A DNA stretch of 64,000 bases from Piromyces finnis finn (taxonomy: Eukaryota; Fungi; Neocallimastigomycota), in assembly GCA_002104945.1 (NCBI GenBank), contig MCFH01000001.1, forward strand, positions 2,046,001-2,110,000, read 5' to 3'. Within the stretch, counting starts at the first letter, position 1; every line of letters starts with the position of its first letter. The notes under the pieces were generated by a model, which ran no database searches, was not told the DNA's origin, and saw only the letters and a list, made by a program, of their open reading frames with translations. Shown here piece after piece: positions 1-14,891 of the stretch. Both the position numbers and the translations under genes were made by a program.

Positions 1-320
1 TTTGGATGTTTGATTACTCCTATAATATGTTTGCTTGTACTGTTTTCGGTATTTTACAATATTCAATTTGGTTATATTGGGCATACAAAAATAAGCGTCG
101 TTCCTATACCAAACAAATTGTATTCACAGTACTTTTTACTTTCTGTGCTATGATGCTCGAACTTTTTGATTTCTCACCTTTCTTCTTTTCTATTGATGCT
201 CATTCACTATGGCATTTATGTACTGCCTTTATTCTTAACATCTTTTATGCTTTCTATGTTAATGATGTTCGTTATGAAACTCGTAAAGGAAAAGAAATTG
301 ACAGTTCCTATTACGATTAG
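1..320 (+). CDS. PER1: Per1/PGAP3-like GPI remodelling protein, 3' end (gene begins before the window)
   Basis: ORF 6..320 has FDYSYNMFAC, LELFDFSPFFFSIDAHSLWHLCT, matching the Per1 family 'D.H.LWH' C-terminal motif within TM segments. Confidence 0.85.
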   Translation, partial: WMFDYSYNMFACTVFGILQYSIWLYWAYKNKRRSYTKQIVFTVLFTFCAMMLELFDFSPFFFSIDAHSLWHLCTAFILNIFYAFYVNDVRYETRKGKEIDSSYYD

Positions 321-1069
321 ATATTGAAATCTATATCAATAGAAAATAATTTTATAAATAAAATTATAATATCAATCAATAGACTACTTTTTTTTTTATC
401 CATTCAAGAAAAGAAAACAATAAATAATAATTTTTTTTTAAAAAAAAAATAGAAACTATAAAACAATCAATAGATAAATAAACAAATAAATATATTAACA
501 AATGAATAAATAAATTACTGATTTATAATATCAGTTTATATTTATATAAAGGATATACACCACTAATAATATTTTTTATACCATTTAAATCTTTTTAGAA
601 ACTGAAAAAAAAAAAAATTTAAAACATTTAAATAATAAATAAATAATAATAATATCAATAGCTATTAGTAAAAAAAAAAAAAATAAAAGTAAAATTATAA
701 TTATAAAACATTAAAATATTGATGTTAATGATGTAATAACTTATTTTACAGTGTAAAAAGTATATTAAAAAAAAAAAAAACATAAAGTTATTATTTTTAT
801 CATTTTTAAGAAAAGCATTAAGGATATAAAAATTTAATATATTTTTAGTTAACTAATAATGGGAAAAAAGAAATTTTAAAATAAAATAATGAAAATGGTT
901 CAAGGTATTATTTATTTAATATGTTCTTTCTTGGTGGAACGCTAAGCTAATATGATGAAATAAAGTTATTTAAATGATCAAATTTATAGTTTATCGAGGT
1001 TTCATGATCCGTAGATAGAAAGTCTTGCGACTCTTCTTATTACTACAATCCTTATCATTAGTAGATTAT

Positions 1070-1300
1070 TGAAGGTTTTTTTTTGATAGGTTTAGTAAAT
1101 AACACCTAATATAATCATGAGTATCGTACTCGTACCAATATGGTAAAAGAACATTCTAATGTTCCGTCCACAGGGTTCAATGGTGAAAATTCAATGAATG
1201 AAATTATAAATTTATAGGAGAATTTTAGTGAACTACCACACTATACTCTACCTACCCTACCTGATATTATTTCATTTCATATATTAGGAAGGGATAACTT
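1070..1300 (+). pseudogene. Possible highly degraded retropepsin (LTR-retrotransposon aspartic protease) relic
   Basis: Manual translation across a frameshift and stops gives KVFFDRFSK*HLI ... VPSTGFNGENS ... LPTLPDIISFHILGRDNF. The order resembles catalytic-loop, flap (GFNG) and ILGRD motifs, but the catalytic D-[ST]-G is not intact. Confidence 0.3.
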
Positions 1301-4300
1301 TATAGTTTACATAGCTTATTCAACTATGATACGACTTTACATAATATATTTTATATTTACATTTTACATTTTCATTCTTAATCATACATATATACATATT
1401 ATTATTATTTTTTTAAATATATATTATCACCAAATACACATTTAATTAGATACTCTCTAAATTTATTTATTTTTTGTATATATATAATAGTTTTTTTTTT
1501 AAAAAAAAAAAATTAAAAATATACAGAAATAATACATTTTTGTTTTTCCTTATTTAATTATATTTATAATTATAAATTTTTATGTTTGAAATTTAATAAT
1601 AAAAGTGTATTTTTCCTTTTTTTTTTTTTTAATTAATGATAAATAAAGCCATCAACAAAATCATATGGTATAAAGGAGGAGGAGATATTCCATGTAGATG
1701 TAAAAATAGAAAAAATAAAAAATGAACAACAATCTTTTCTATCAAAAATTATAAATTATGGCTTAGAGATAGTATCCTAATATCAATTATAAAAATAGGA
1801 TTTGCCTAAAGATATTAAATGATATTATCATCACTATCTATTCAAGATTATCCATCCTTAAAATTTTTCATTCTATGTCATGGGCAAGCAATCTATACAA
1901 ACAACACACCTACACCCTACACAACACATCCATAAAGTGTGTAAATAAGATTTTTTTATATTTTTATTCTTTTTTTTTAAACTTCATAGTAAATAAAATT
2001 TATGCTTTTATCATATGATTAATTCTATTTGAATAAGGTTATTTTTATCAAGTTAAAAATAATTTCTATGTAAGACCACCACTACCTACTCTCACCACCT
2101 ACTATTAATACAAAAAAAATTTAAATGATGTATACTATGACAATTCATTATTTAATTCATAATTTTTTATTTTTTTTCTACATCAAATTTCTTTATTCAT
2201 ACCTTTTTGATTTATAAAGGTAACTTTTTTTTTTTTTTTTTAAAAAAGTTAATTATCCACCGCTTTATTATACCTTCATTTCCTTTTGTATTTTTATCAT
2301 TTTCCCTTTTTGATAAATTGTATGGTTTAAACTTTCTAGATACATTTTTTAAAGTAAAATGTATCATCTAAAGAATGATTGGTTAATATTCATTATAAAA
2401 TACAAGTAATATTTTCATAATGTATTTATTTTTATTTTCATTGGATAAAAATAAAAACAAAATTATAAATTCTTCATATATTAACAGTATATTTATTAAT
2501 ATACTAAACAATTTTATCAAATATTTTTTTTTATACGAATCATTTTCGAGTAAATCAATGCATATTTATAATATATTAATTATATATTAATGTAATAAAT
2601 CTTAAAATGGGAATCATCATATTAAATTATATTAAGGAGGTGATATATTATAATATAATATATTAATCATATATTAATATATTAATAAATAATGTATGTC
2701 TAAGTACATCCTAATTATTAAAGTGTATTTTAAAATAATTATTGACCAATAATATTCATTTAATTTACATTTTCTATAGTCTACCAAAGTGTTGTAGTCC
2801 TAGGGTCAATAGAAGGACAGAAAAAGATAAAATTTACAATGAATGGAAATAGAATTATTAAAAGAAAACTTCGTACATGAATAATAAAAAAAGCTAATTT
2901 TTTTTATTGAATAGAATTTATGGCGAAAATTATAGTAACAATGGGTTTAATTATAGTTTTTGACTTGCTCACAATTTTTTTTTTTAAAAGATAAAAAAGC
3001 ATAATAAATAATAAATAAATAATAAAAAATTAATATAACCCTAATAAATAATACAAAAATAAAAATAATAATAGATCAAACAAATAACAAATAATAAAAT
3101 AATAAAATAAATAAATAATATAAAATTGTATCATTAGTCGTATATTTATTATTATATCAAATTTATAATTATTAATTACTATTATTATATATAATTAATT
3201 ATATAATAGTTAAAAAAAAAAAAAATTTATTTATAATAATAAAATAAAATAGAAATAAAAAATATTAATAAAATCCTCTTTGAAAATAATAAAAAATTTT
3301 TTTCATATAACTGAAAAAAAAACTTCTTGTTTTAGATATAATAAATATTATTTATATATTTAAAGAAGTAAAAGAAAAAATAAAAAAAAATAAAAAAAAT
3401 TAAAAATAGAAAGAAAAAGAAATATAATTATTAATTAAGAAGAATATTTCTTTTATTTTTTTTATTTCTTTTTTAATTTGTAATTGTTATATATAGTATT
3501 TAATCTAAAATTCATATTTTTGTTATTTGTATAAATTATTTCATTAATTACTCAAGTATGTTTTTTTTTTAATATAATTACTTTTATTTTTTTTATTAAA
3601 TACTTTAAGATATTTTGATATTGTATAATATTTTAAATGTAGTAGTAAATGTCCATCTACATTATTAATTGGTGTTTAAATCAAATCCAAATAAATGAAT
3701 AATTTTACGAAGAAATCAATATTATTATTTAGATTCAATAAATCATTTGATACAATAAAAAGATAATGTATAACAAAAGTAAATAATAAACGGTGAAAAA
3801 AAAAGTATCAAATAAAAGAAATTATAAATCAATTAATATTTTAAATTCCTAAATTAATTCAAAATTGGCTTTTGGGAAGGCTTAAAAATTAAACAATTTT
3901 TAATTTTAGATGATAAACAAAAAACACTGTATAGAAATATTTTTAACAAAAAAATAATCAAAATAATCAGTATATAGAAATATTAACTTTACAAACTTTA
4001 AGAAAGATAAAAAAAAAGATTAAAAAAAAATAGAAAATAATTACTAAAATATAGCAAACAAAAACAAAAGATTATCGGTAAAAACTCCATATAATAAAAT
4101 AAATTATGATAGAAATATTAAAAAAGTAATAACTCAAATAGAAGAAAGCAACAAATATTTTACAATCAAGAATTAATTAAATTTTTTTTAAAAAACAAAA
4201 TTGATTAATATAAAATAAACAAATAGTCAAATGTTATAATCTTAAAATAAGATATTATTGTTTTAATTCATATAAAATTAAAAATTATGAAATTAAATCA

Positions 4301-4431
4301 GCCTTTTTTTAATAATGTAAAAGAAAAAAAAAACAATCGATATTAACATTAATAATTTATTATGATAATTATTTTAGGTTAAAATAGTAAATTTATAATA
4401 GAATTAAGATAAATAAATTAATAAAGAGAAA

Positions 4432-7220
4432 ATGACTGACGCTGAAGTTAAAACCGAAACTCAAGTTAACGAAGCTATCGTTGAAAAACAAGAAGAAAAG
4501 GCTGTTGAAAGTAGGGATATTTTATAAAAATTAAAATAAATTTAAATGATAAAAAATATATTTATAAAAAATATTTGTCATATATTGTATTAAAATTTTT
4601 TATTTATAGTTCCAAAAACCAACCCATGGAAGAAAACCGAAGTAAAAGAAACTGAAAATATTAACAAGTCATTATGGCCTTCTCTTGGTAAGGATGGTAA
4701 GGATTCTCCAGTTAAGGAAAATAGCAAAAAACAAAAGAAATCCGAAGAAAAGGAAGGTTCTGGAAAGAAGGGTAAAAAGAATGGTAAGAAGGAATGGGTT
4801 ACACTCGATGTTGATATTAAATTTAAGGGTAGTAATAATAACCATAGAGAAAAGAAAGACAAAAAGAAGAATGGTAAAAGTTTGACTTTTCTAATAATTA
4901 TTCAATATATATATTTGTAATTTCATAATGTATATATACGTTAATACGTATAAATAATTTTCTAATTATTTTTATATTTCACTGTATAAATTATCAAATA
5001 AATTTAATGATATATCATTTTTAATGATATTAAAATTATAAAGGTAAGAATTCCAAGAAACACGAAAAAGATAGCAGAAGAAGACAAAGAAAGAGAGATT
5101 CAAAGAAGAATAAGTTCAACCCAGAATTAAACTACGGATACGAATTAACTAGTATGAACGGTTTCTCACAAATTGTTCCAGAAGGTATTTTCATTACTTC
5201 AAACCCAGAAAACTTAGATGTTAATTATCTCAATTTAGACTCAGTAAGAACTTACATCAAGTTACAAATTAAGTATTACTTCAGTATTCAAAACTTATGT
5301 AAGGATATTTTCTTAAGAAAACAAATGGATGAAGAAGGTTGGATTGATTTAGAAATTATTAAGGGTTTCAAGCGTGTTGAAGGTTTATTAAAGTTAGGTC
5401 AAAATGTTGATAGAAATATTAAGGAAAACGAAAAGAAGAAGGATAAGAAGAAGGATAAGAAAGAAAAGGAAGAAGCTAAGAAAGAAGAAAAGGAAGAAAG
5501 TAAGGAAGAATTCGAATATGATGATGCTTGGTGTAACCAATTCATTTTATCCGCTATTAAGGATATTGATACCGTTGAAGTTAAGGAAGAAAAGGAAAAT
5601 GTCTACTTACGTAAGAAGGAAGACTGGAAATTCTGGATTAACCCACTCGAAAGCATCATTACTACTATGAAGGAATTATCTAGCAACGAAGAAGAAGAAG
5701 AACAATCAAAGCCAGAAATTAAGATTGAAGACACTGATGCTCCAAAGGACCGTGAAGTTGAAACTAATGAAAATGAAGAAGGATGGACCACTTACAATGG
5801 TCGTCGTCGTCAAAAGAAGAAGGCTGATGGTGAAAGCAAGCCAAGTCACGATGGTGACGATCTCTTCCAATTTGATGATGAAGAAGAATGGGGAAGTAGT
5901 CCAAGATTCCAAGATGATCCAGAAGAAAAACCAGAAGACAAGGCTGAAAAGAAGGACGATGAAGATTATGAAATTGATGATGATATGTTACAAGGTTTAA
6001 TGATTGTTACTCAAAGACGTAAGCAACAATCCAACCCACCAAACTCATTATCTCAAGGTGATCTTCCACCAAGAAAGCACAACACTGTTGCTTATGACCG
6101 TTACAAGAACAATGAAAGCTTAAATGAAATGATTAACGAAGGTCTTTACTACTATGAACACAACATGAAGGAAAGTAACAGATTAAGTATGATGACATCA
6201 AAGATTGAAGTTGTTGATGAAGAAGAATTCGAAAAATTAAATGGAGAAGAAACTTCCAAGAAGAACAAGAAGAAGCACGGAAAGAAGAATAAGCGTAACA
6301 ATGAAAAGAGTCACTCTGAATCTCAACCAAAGAATATTAAGAAGGGTCCAAGAACTAAGCGTTTCTTCCCATCTGAAACTCCAGTTAGTAGCTCTAAATT
6401 CTTAGGTACTACTCCAGGTCCAATTGGTTTCTTAATCGTTAACAATGATCAAGTTTCCCACTTTAAGAATGGTAAGAGAGGAGGTTCCAACAACATGCCA
6501 TCTCCATCTACTTCTATTCCAATTAACGGCTCATTCAAATCTGGTTCAATGAGCGGTACTGGTCTTGATATTCCAAGACGTTCATCTTATCGCTATGGTA
6601 GTTACGCCAGTAGTTACGCCAGCAGTTATGGACAAAGCTTCAAGGGTGGTCACAGTTATGGTAGTAGTTATGGTACTAGTTTCAAGGAATTCCCAATGTT
6701 CCAACATCCAAGTTACGAATTATTAAAGGACAATGGTTTCATTCAACACAAGTACTACAAGTACCATGCTAAGGCCTTAAAGGAACGTAAGAACCAAGGT
6801 ATTGGTCAATCTCAAGAAATGAACACTTTATTCCGTTTCTGGAGTCACTTCCTTCGTGAACAATTTAACAGAAGAATGTATGAAGAATTCAAGAAGCTTG
6901 CTATTGAAGATGCTGAAGGTGGTTACAGATATGGTTTAGAATGCTTATTCCGTTTCTATTCCTACGGTTTAGAAATTCATTTCAGCAAGGATATCTTTGA
7001 AGATTTCCAAGAAATGACTGTTGAAGATTACTGCAAGAAGGGTGAATTATATGGACTTGAAAAGTTCTGGGCTTACTTATACTACCGTAAAGATAAGAAG
7101 AATAGACCATTAGATGATAAAATCCGTGATGAATTAAAGGAAGCCTTAAAAATATATAAGACTATTGATGATTTCAGAAAGGCTAACAAGGAAAAGGAAG
7201 AAAAGAAGAAGAATGAGTAA
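4432..7220 (+). CDS. LARP1: La-related protein 1 (La motif plus DM15 repeats); exons ~4432-4510, 4610-4873, 5044-7220
   Basis: La motif ([38 protein letters not shown]) and DM15 region ([12 protein letters not shown]...[14 protein letters not shown]...[18 protein letters not shown]). GT-AG introns join a PKTNPW-containing N-terminus in frame. Confidence 0.93.
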
Positions 7221-9470
7221 GTTTTAATTATGAAAAATAACTAATGACTAAATATTTATGCTAACTTTTTATTTTAATTGAAAAAATTGATTGAAAATCA
7301 ATAATATATAATATTATAAAATCTCACTAATTTCAATGACACAAAAGAAAAGCTCAAAAGTAAATTAGATCATAATAACGTTAGAATTATTTATCATTAA
7401 GAAGAAATATATAATATTTAAAATGAAATAGAATGATTCATTAATATAAATATATAATAATTCAAAGTTTTTAAAATATTTATAAGTTTTTAAAGTTACA
7501 ATTTCATAATTAATACATAAAAACAAACAAAAAATAAAACAAAAACAAAAAAAGAACAAAAATTTAAAAACAAAACAAAAAAAAAATACACCATTGCTAT
7601 TTAATTATTTTCATTATAATTTTTTAATTATACTTTTATTCTTATATACATCCAATCAATATAATATATATTTTACCTTAAATTCTATTATATTTCCAAT
7701 ATTTAAAATAAATATTATATTGAGATCCAATTTTATCCACAAAGAAATCATTCATATCATTTACATCTCACCCAATTTAAAAATTTTATGACTATAATTA
7801 TTTGTAAATATTTTTAGATCCTAGTATTAGATATACAAAAGAGATAAAGTGATTTTTTTATATAAATATTATTAATTCAAAGAGAACAATAATATTAAGC
7901 CAAATAAAAAATAAAAAAAAGTGAAGAAATACAAAAAAAAAAAAAAAAAGAAGAAAAAAAAGAATTAAACAAAATATAAATATAAAAAGCGAAAAAAAAC
8001 TTTATAAGAAACAAGAAGAATAATAAAATCAAAAGTAAAATAAAGAAAGAAAAGTATAAGAAAAATAGCATATAATACCAAGAAGTAACAAAAACAAATC
8101 CATTAAAGTTAAAAAGGAAAGAAGAATAAAATATAAAAAGAAATTTAAATTTTTTTATTTTTTTTATTTTTTCCAAATATATAATTAATATTAATTATAT
8201 ATAATCACCACAACTAATATCATCAACATTTATAACCATCTCTTACATTAAACATTAAAACAAAACAAAAAATATAACAAAAAAAAAAAAAAAAAGAAAA
8301 AAAAATATATTTTATTTTTTTTTTTTTTTTAAAAAGTATTAAATTTCTTTTTATGTAATACTAAGAAAAGCAATACTATATTATCAACATTTATGATTTT
8401 TATAATTTTTTTTTTTAAATTTTTATACTTTATTTTTTTAATATATATTTTTTTATTACTTATTTTTTAATTAATTTTAATTTTTTTTTTACCATTATAT
8501 TTTTCAATTTTTTTTCATTTTATATCTTTTTTTTTTTTTTTTTAATTTTTTATTTTTTTTTTAATTTTATTTTATTATTATTATTATATTTGTTAAGCTA
8601 ATAAAACACTATATAAATATAGAATCTTAATTTTATAAAACGAAAGACCAAATTATTTAATTTTATACATCTTTAATATTAGTTATCAAAAAAAAAAAAA
8701 AAAAAAAAAGAATTTATTTTTATTTCATTTCTTTATAAATTAACTATAAATGTTATGTACAAAAATGATTCTTTACTAAAAAAAATATAACATAAATAGA
8801 TATTTTTTATATATAATTTTTTTTTTAATAATAATAATAATAAATAAAAAAAAAAAAAAAAAAAACTTTTATTTTTGCCTTTTTTTTGAAATGAATTTAA
8901 AAGTTTAAACATTTGATACGGGTTAATTTTATGTAGAAAGAATTTAACTTTAATATGTTTTATTAATAATTTTATTTATTACGTTTCAATATTGCTATTC
9001 TGTCTAACTACTAAAACGTTAATTCTATATCGTTCTTAACTTTTAAAACTTTATTAAAAACAAGAAGCCCTTTTTAATAATAATTATATACTAATCTATT
9101 TATATGAATGAGGCTTACTTAATAATTAATCGTCCAATTATAAGGCTAGAACTATATGGATTATACATCTACATTATTCTGTAACATTACATGCTATTAC
9201 CTTTGTCATACATTTACATTACATTCTTATACCTTATAGAAATAATTAATATATTATTTTAGGAAAAACTGTTAATATAATAATATGTTCAAGTCATATA
9301 TTATTTTTATAACACATTATTATATTTACTAATAAGATAAATATTTTTTATTTTTCAATTTTTTATTTTTTAATATTTTATATGGAAGATACATTTAACA
9401 AAAAATAAGATGAAAAAAGGGTATATGATAAAATATAATGAATATTGCCACATTTTATACATTGTCATTG

Positions 9471-9507
<37 letters not shown>

Positions 9508-9647
9508 TCTAAAATTTATTATAAATTAATATTTATTTATATATATGTTTTAGTATATATATTCTATCTAAGGTGTTTTGAAATGTTAAAAATATAGTTT
9601 ATATATATATATATATATATAAGATTTCAAAAGATATCATAAAATTA

Positions 9648-9801
9648 TTATTTTAAGAATGTTTTATGGTTAATAGAATGGAAACTTTCTTCATTATCTA
9701 CATTTATTTTTTCAATAATATCATCGATAGGTATTGAATCAGATAAATCAGATAAAACTTCTTCATGACCTTCATCTATAATATTAAAATCTTCTTCTTT
9801 T

Positions 9802-9838
<37 letters not shown>

Positions 9839-10352
9839 GAGGTGTAATTATTTTATTTAGTAGAAATGAACCATCCTTGGGGGGTGTATTTTCGTTTTCT
9901 TCATGATGCCTAGTTTGATGAAGAATATCATCAACAACATCATCAACATCAACATCATTAGTACTGGTTGCATCAATTTCATTATTTTTTGATAATGTAC
10001 TTATTGTGTTTATTTCATTTTCATTTTCTTTATGAATTCTATTAATAATACTATCTAGGTTTTGATGATCTTTTGTAATTAAATCATCGCTACTGAAATC
10101 ATAGATATCAGATTTATCCTCATCTATATTAATGGAAAATCCCAGGTTTAATTCTTTTGTAATATCATCTATTTTATTTAAAAGTTTTTCTTCACCTGTA
10201 CTTTTCATATTGGATTCTCCTAAAGTGTCAAAATTACAATTGCTATTTTGATGAGAATTTTCCTCTATTTTTTTATTATTGATTGTGATAATATTTGCAT
10301 TATTATTATTGTTGTTATTGTTGTTGTCGTTGTCGTCGGCATCATTAATATA

Positions 10353-10391
<39 letters not shown>

Positions 10392-12413
10392 GTTACTATA
10401 ACTATTATTACTACTACTATGATTATTGATATTATCATTACTATTATTGTTATTATCATTAATATTAATATTATTATCATTATTATTAATTTTATTATTC
10501 ATGGTAAAAGTATGGTTAGTATTTCCATAGGGTGGTTTATAATTCATTTTATTATCGGTTCCATCAATTGATTTATTATTCGTGTTATAGGAATGTATCA
10601 TGGGATGATTTAATGGATCATTAACACCAATAATACTATTTTCATCGGTAGTTTCACTTGAGGTATCTGAAAAATTTTCGGGGTTTTCAAGTTTTTTATT
10701 GATATAGTTTTCATACTTTTTTAACATAAAAGTCATGTCTTGTTTTTTATTATTAAGGCATTTTATTAAATCTTCAATTTCTTTTTTATTTCTTTCCTTT
10801 TCTTGTAAATTCAACCTAATTTTATCATTTAATTTTTGTTTTATTTTATCTAATTCCATCAAATATTGATTCTTATTAAAATCTATTCTAATTCCCGGTT
10901 TAAACCGTATACTATCATTGTTACATTTTAAAAGTTCATCATTTAAAATTTCTAAATTTTCATTTAATTTTTGTATATTTTTTTGCTTTTGTTTTATTTC
11001 ATTATACATTGCTTGACATTCCGATTCCATTTTACTTTTTTCATCATTAAGTTTATCTTGAATGTCATCCACAACACAAATACTAACTTGTTTATTTTGT
11101 GAAGAGAATCGTTTTTCGGGTGGATTGAATTTATTACAGGCAAGGTCATTAAATATACGTTTCATTTGAAGGGTTTGTTTTTTCAACAGCTCATCTCGAT
11201 TGTTAATATATATTTTTAATTCTTTTTCTTTCGATTGAAATTGCTTTAGTTGATGTGTGGAATGATCCAAGGTATCTTGTAACTTTTTTATTTCTGATTG
11301 TATTTTATCCACACGTTCTTTATTATTATTAATAATAACAATTTTACTTGCTTTTTCCTTTTCTAGTTCTCGTTTTAATACATTTAATTGTTTATTGACA
11401 GCAAGAATTTCATTTTGTTTTTTACACGATTCATCTATTAATTGAGTACGTTGTTCTATCAATACTTCCCATTCTTCTAACCATTCTTTACGTTTTTCAT
11501 TCAATTGATGATTTTCTTGTTTGATACTTTCAATTGTAGATTCTAACGTTTTATTTTCCATCATCATTTTGTCTAAATTAATATTTAAACTTTGGTTTTC
11601 CTTTTTTAATTTACTTACATAGGCATTGGCCTTTTCACGATCACTGGCTAATTTTTCAATATTATTCGTACTTTCCTTTTTTTCTTCCATAATTTTTTCT
11701 AATATGTTCTTTACTTTAATTTTTTCGTTCATTAAATCTTCAATAGTCGCTTTGTCATTTTTCTTTTCATCCATTAGTTTTTCAAAAGAGGATCGTAATT
11801 TTAATTCATTTTCAGCAAGTTTTTTAATGATTTCTTTATCTTTTTGATTATCATTTAATAGTTTAGCCATGTTATCATTTAAAATTTCTTTATCCCTGGC
11901 AAGTTCATCAAAGTTTTGATATAATTTTTGTTTTTCTTCCAATAACCTGCTAAAATTCTCCTTTAGTAGTTTATTCTCTTTAATAATATTTTCTGAGGAT
12001 AGAATAATATTTGTACATTCTTCTTTTATCTTTTTTAATTCATTTTCTAATCCATTATTTATTTGTTCTAAGCTTTTATAATCTTTTTTAAATTTTGATA
12101 TTTCATCCTTTAATTGAATATTAATATTATGCAAAGTTTCATTATCTAATTCTTGTCTATTTAATTTTTCCTTTAATTCATTATTTATTTTTGAAATGTT
12201 CTTTTCGTTAAACTTTAATCTTTTTAATTCCTAAAAATTATTATTATTATTATTATTTTTTAAATTTATATATTATATATAATAATAAAAAAATTTTTTT
12301 TTATTATTTATTGTTAATAATGCTTATATTTCTTTTCTATTATAATTTTCTTTATATATATTTCAGATAAATAATATTAAAATTTAAAGTGTATAATATT
12401 TCTTTTCACCCCT

Positions 12414-12451
<38 letters not shown>

Positions 12452-14429
12452 TTACCTTTGATATATTTTGGTTTTCTTCCGTTATTTCCGTTAGATTATT
12501 TTGAATTTTTTCTTTATCTATTTTTAAATTATCAATATAGGTTTGTAATCTTTTAGATTTGTTATTTGAATCTTCTAATTTTTTATTCAAATTTTTATTA
12601 TTGGTCAGGGTATTGGAAAGATCTTGTTGGAGGAGAACTATTTTTTCTTGAACATCCATTAATGTTTGATTAAATTTAGTTTCATTTTCACATTTATTTT
12701 GATAGAGAGCACCCTTTAAATCTTCTATTTCCATATTTGCATCCTCAAGATTTTTTTTTAATTTATCAATGGTGGTATAGTTATTATCCAACTTTTTCTT
12801 CATATCTATATTCTCATTAAAATAGGTATCAATTTCTTTTTTAAGCTTTTCATTTGTATCATAATATCCGTTTAATTCTTCTTTTAATTTTTTATGTGAA
12901 TTATAATGAGTTTCAAGATCCTTTTTTAACTTTGAATTAGAATTATAACTTTTTTCAAGCTGTTCTTTTAATTCATTATTTAAAAGTAATTTCTCATCTA
13001 TTTCTTTTTTCAATTTTTCATTTAACGAATGATATATTTTAATTTCACTTTTATCTCTGTCATTTGCCGTTGCTAATTCATTCATTTTCTTTTTTAATTC
13101 ATCATTCTCTTTTTGAATACGGTCAATGTCAATGGAAAATTCTTTTGTTATACTTTCCTCCTCACTTAAATCTTTTTTCAATTTATTAATGGTGGTACGT
13201 TGATTTCGTATATCTTGTTGTAATCCATTATTAACAATATCATATTCCGATAGTTCTTTGGACAGTTTATTGATTTGTTCTTTTAAATTTTCAATCATAC
13301 TTTCTTTTTCCGTTATATTTTCCCAACTTTTCTCTAATTTTTCCTTGTAACGATCATTACTTAATTTATAGTCCTTTTTCTTTATTTCCTGAAGGGATGT
13401 GATATTTTTAAGATTTTCATTTTCCAATAATAAATTATCCAAGGCTTTCTTTAACGAAATAATTTGTTGATTCAATTTATTGGTTATGGTTTTCTCTTTT
13501 TCTAATAAAACCTCTTTTTCTTTTAAATCTGTTTTTAATGATGCCGTATATTCTTTTGTTTTTATTCTTTCTAATATTTCTTTACTCTTTTCTTCTCTTT
13601 TACATTGATCATTACTATTTTTTAATATTAAATTTTCTTTTTTCAATGATTTTATCAATTCATTATCTCTGGAAGCATTATTTTTTAAATCATTAATAAT
13701 TCTTGTAAGATGACTAGAGGCTTCCTTTTCACGTTCATTATCATTTTGTAATGACCTCAATTGATTCTTAACTTCATTTAATTCTTTTAATTTATCATCA
13801 ATAATAGCCTGTAAATCCTTACATTCTTTATCCTTTTCTTTAAAAATACTTTTTAAATGGTGATAATCCTCTTGAATTTTTTCAACAATTCTGTCATTTT
13901 CACTATCAAAGTTTTTATTTGATTTTAACCGGATAATTTCATCTTCAAATTTATTTTTTAATTCTATCCATTTATCGGAATCATTTAAATATTTTGTTTG
14001 CCATTTCTTTATTTCTTCATCTTTAATTTTTACCACTGCTTTATATTTTTTTTCTTCAAGTTTTAAACGTAAGGAATAATCATTTATTTCTCTATGGTAA
14101 GTTCCTTCCAATTGTTGATATTGTGATTGTAATTTTCGATAAATATGTTCCAGTCGTATATATTTATTTTTTTCTATTTCAATATCTGTTATATGACTAT
14201 CATCATTTATATAATCCTGAAGTTGATTATTTATTATCAATGGTAGAAATAGTTTTTATTATTATTATTATTATTATTTTAAAAAAAATAGTTTTTGAAA
14301 AATAAAAAAAAAAAATTAGTTTTAAATATATTTTATAATTTTTAATAAATATTTAAATATATATATATATATATTTTCTAGATCCTAATAAACATTTACA
14401 TCTATATCATTTATATTATCATAACTCAT
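9648..14429 (-). CDS. Large coiled-coil protein (~1450 aa) with N/T-rich low-complexity C-terminal part; proposed exons 14429-14400, 14216-12456, 12230-9648
   Basis: Two long ORFs (12384..14240, 9648..12134) rich in K/E/L heptads. A phase-0 GT-AG intron (12455-12231) joins them in frame. A 30-nt first exon (MSYDNINDID) is inferred from ATG plus gtaaat donor and a cag acceptor. No family recognised. Confidence 0.75.
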
Positions 14430-14855
14430 TTTTTTTTCTTTTATATTATTATATTAAAAATTACTTTTTTATTTTAAAAAGAAAAGAAAAAAAAATAGGT
14501 AAAAGTTTAAAAAATATTTATTGTCAAGGTATGTATTATTTAATTCTTATTATTTTTCTCTATTCATCAAGTAACCTCTTTTACTTTTTTTTTTTCTTTA
14601 TCATTTTTTAAAATTATAAAATGTAAAAAAAAAAAAAAAGGATTATTGTTCCTGTATATTTATTAATATATTTAAATTTGAATTTTGTAAATATTTTTTA
14701 TAACTTGATAGATTATAAGGTTAATTAAGTTTATTAAAAGAAATTTAAAAATACTTTACAAAATTAATATCTATTTATTGACTTTAAATACTTTAAATAT
14801 TATTTGTAGTATTTGTAGTATTGTAGGAATAATTGAAATTCATTAACTAATAATA

Positions 14856-14857
<2 letters not shown>

Positions 14858-14891
<34 letters not shown>

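Noticed and set aside
2633-2644. Perfect Shine-Dalgarno consensus taaggaggtgat (and aaggagg near 1675)
   Set aside because: No usable ORF follows (the second is followed by ATG-TAG) and the context is eukaryotic intergenic DNA; most likely chance.
7365-8176. Short F/L/I/K-rich ORFs in AT tracts (also ~18040-18702, 29386, 50716, 54801, 56119)
   Set aside because: Typical spurious ORFs from poly-A/T sequence, with no codon bias or motifs.
10248-10571. Hydrophobic Ile/Val/Leu-rich ORFs (also 10265-10480, 33992-34231, 34018-34263)
   Set aside because: Antisense or alternative-frame readings of AAT-type microsatellites inside real genes.
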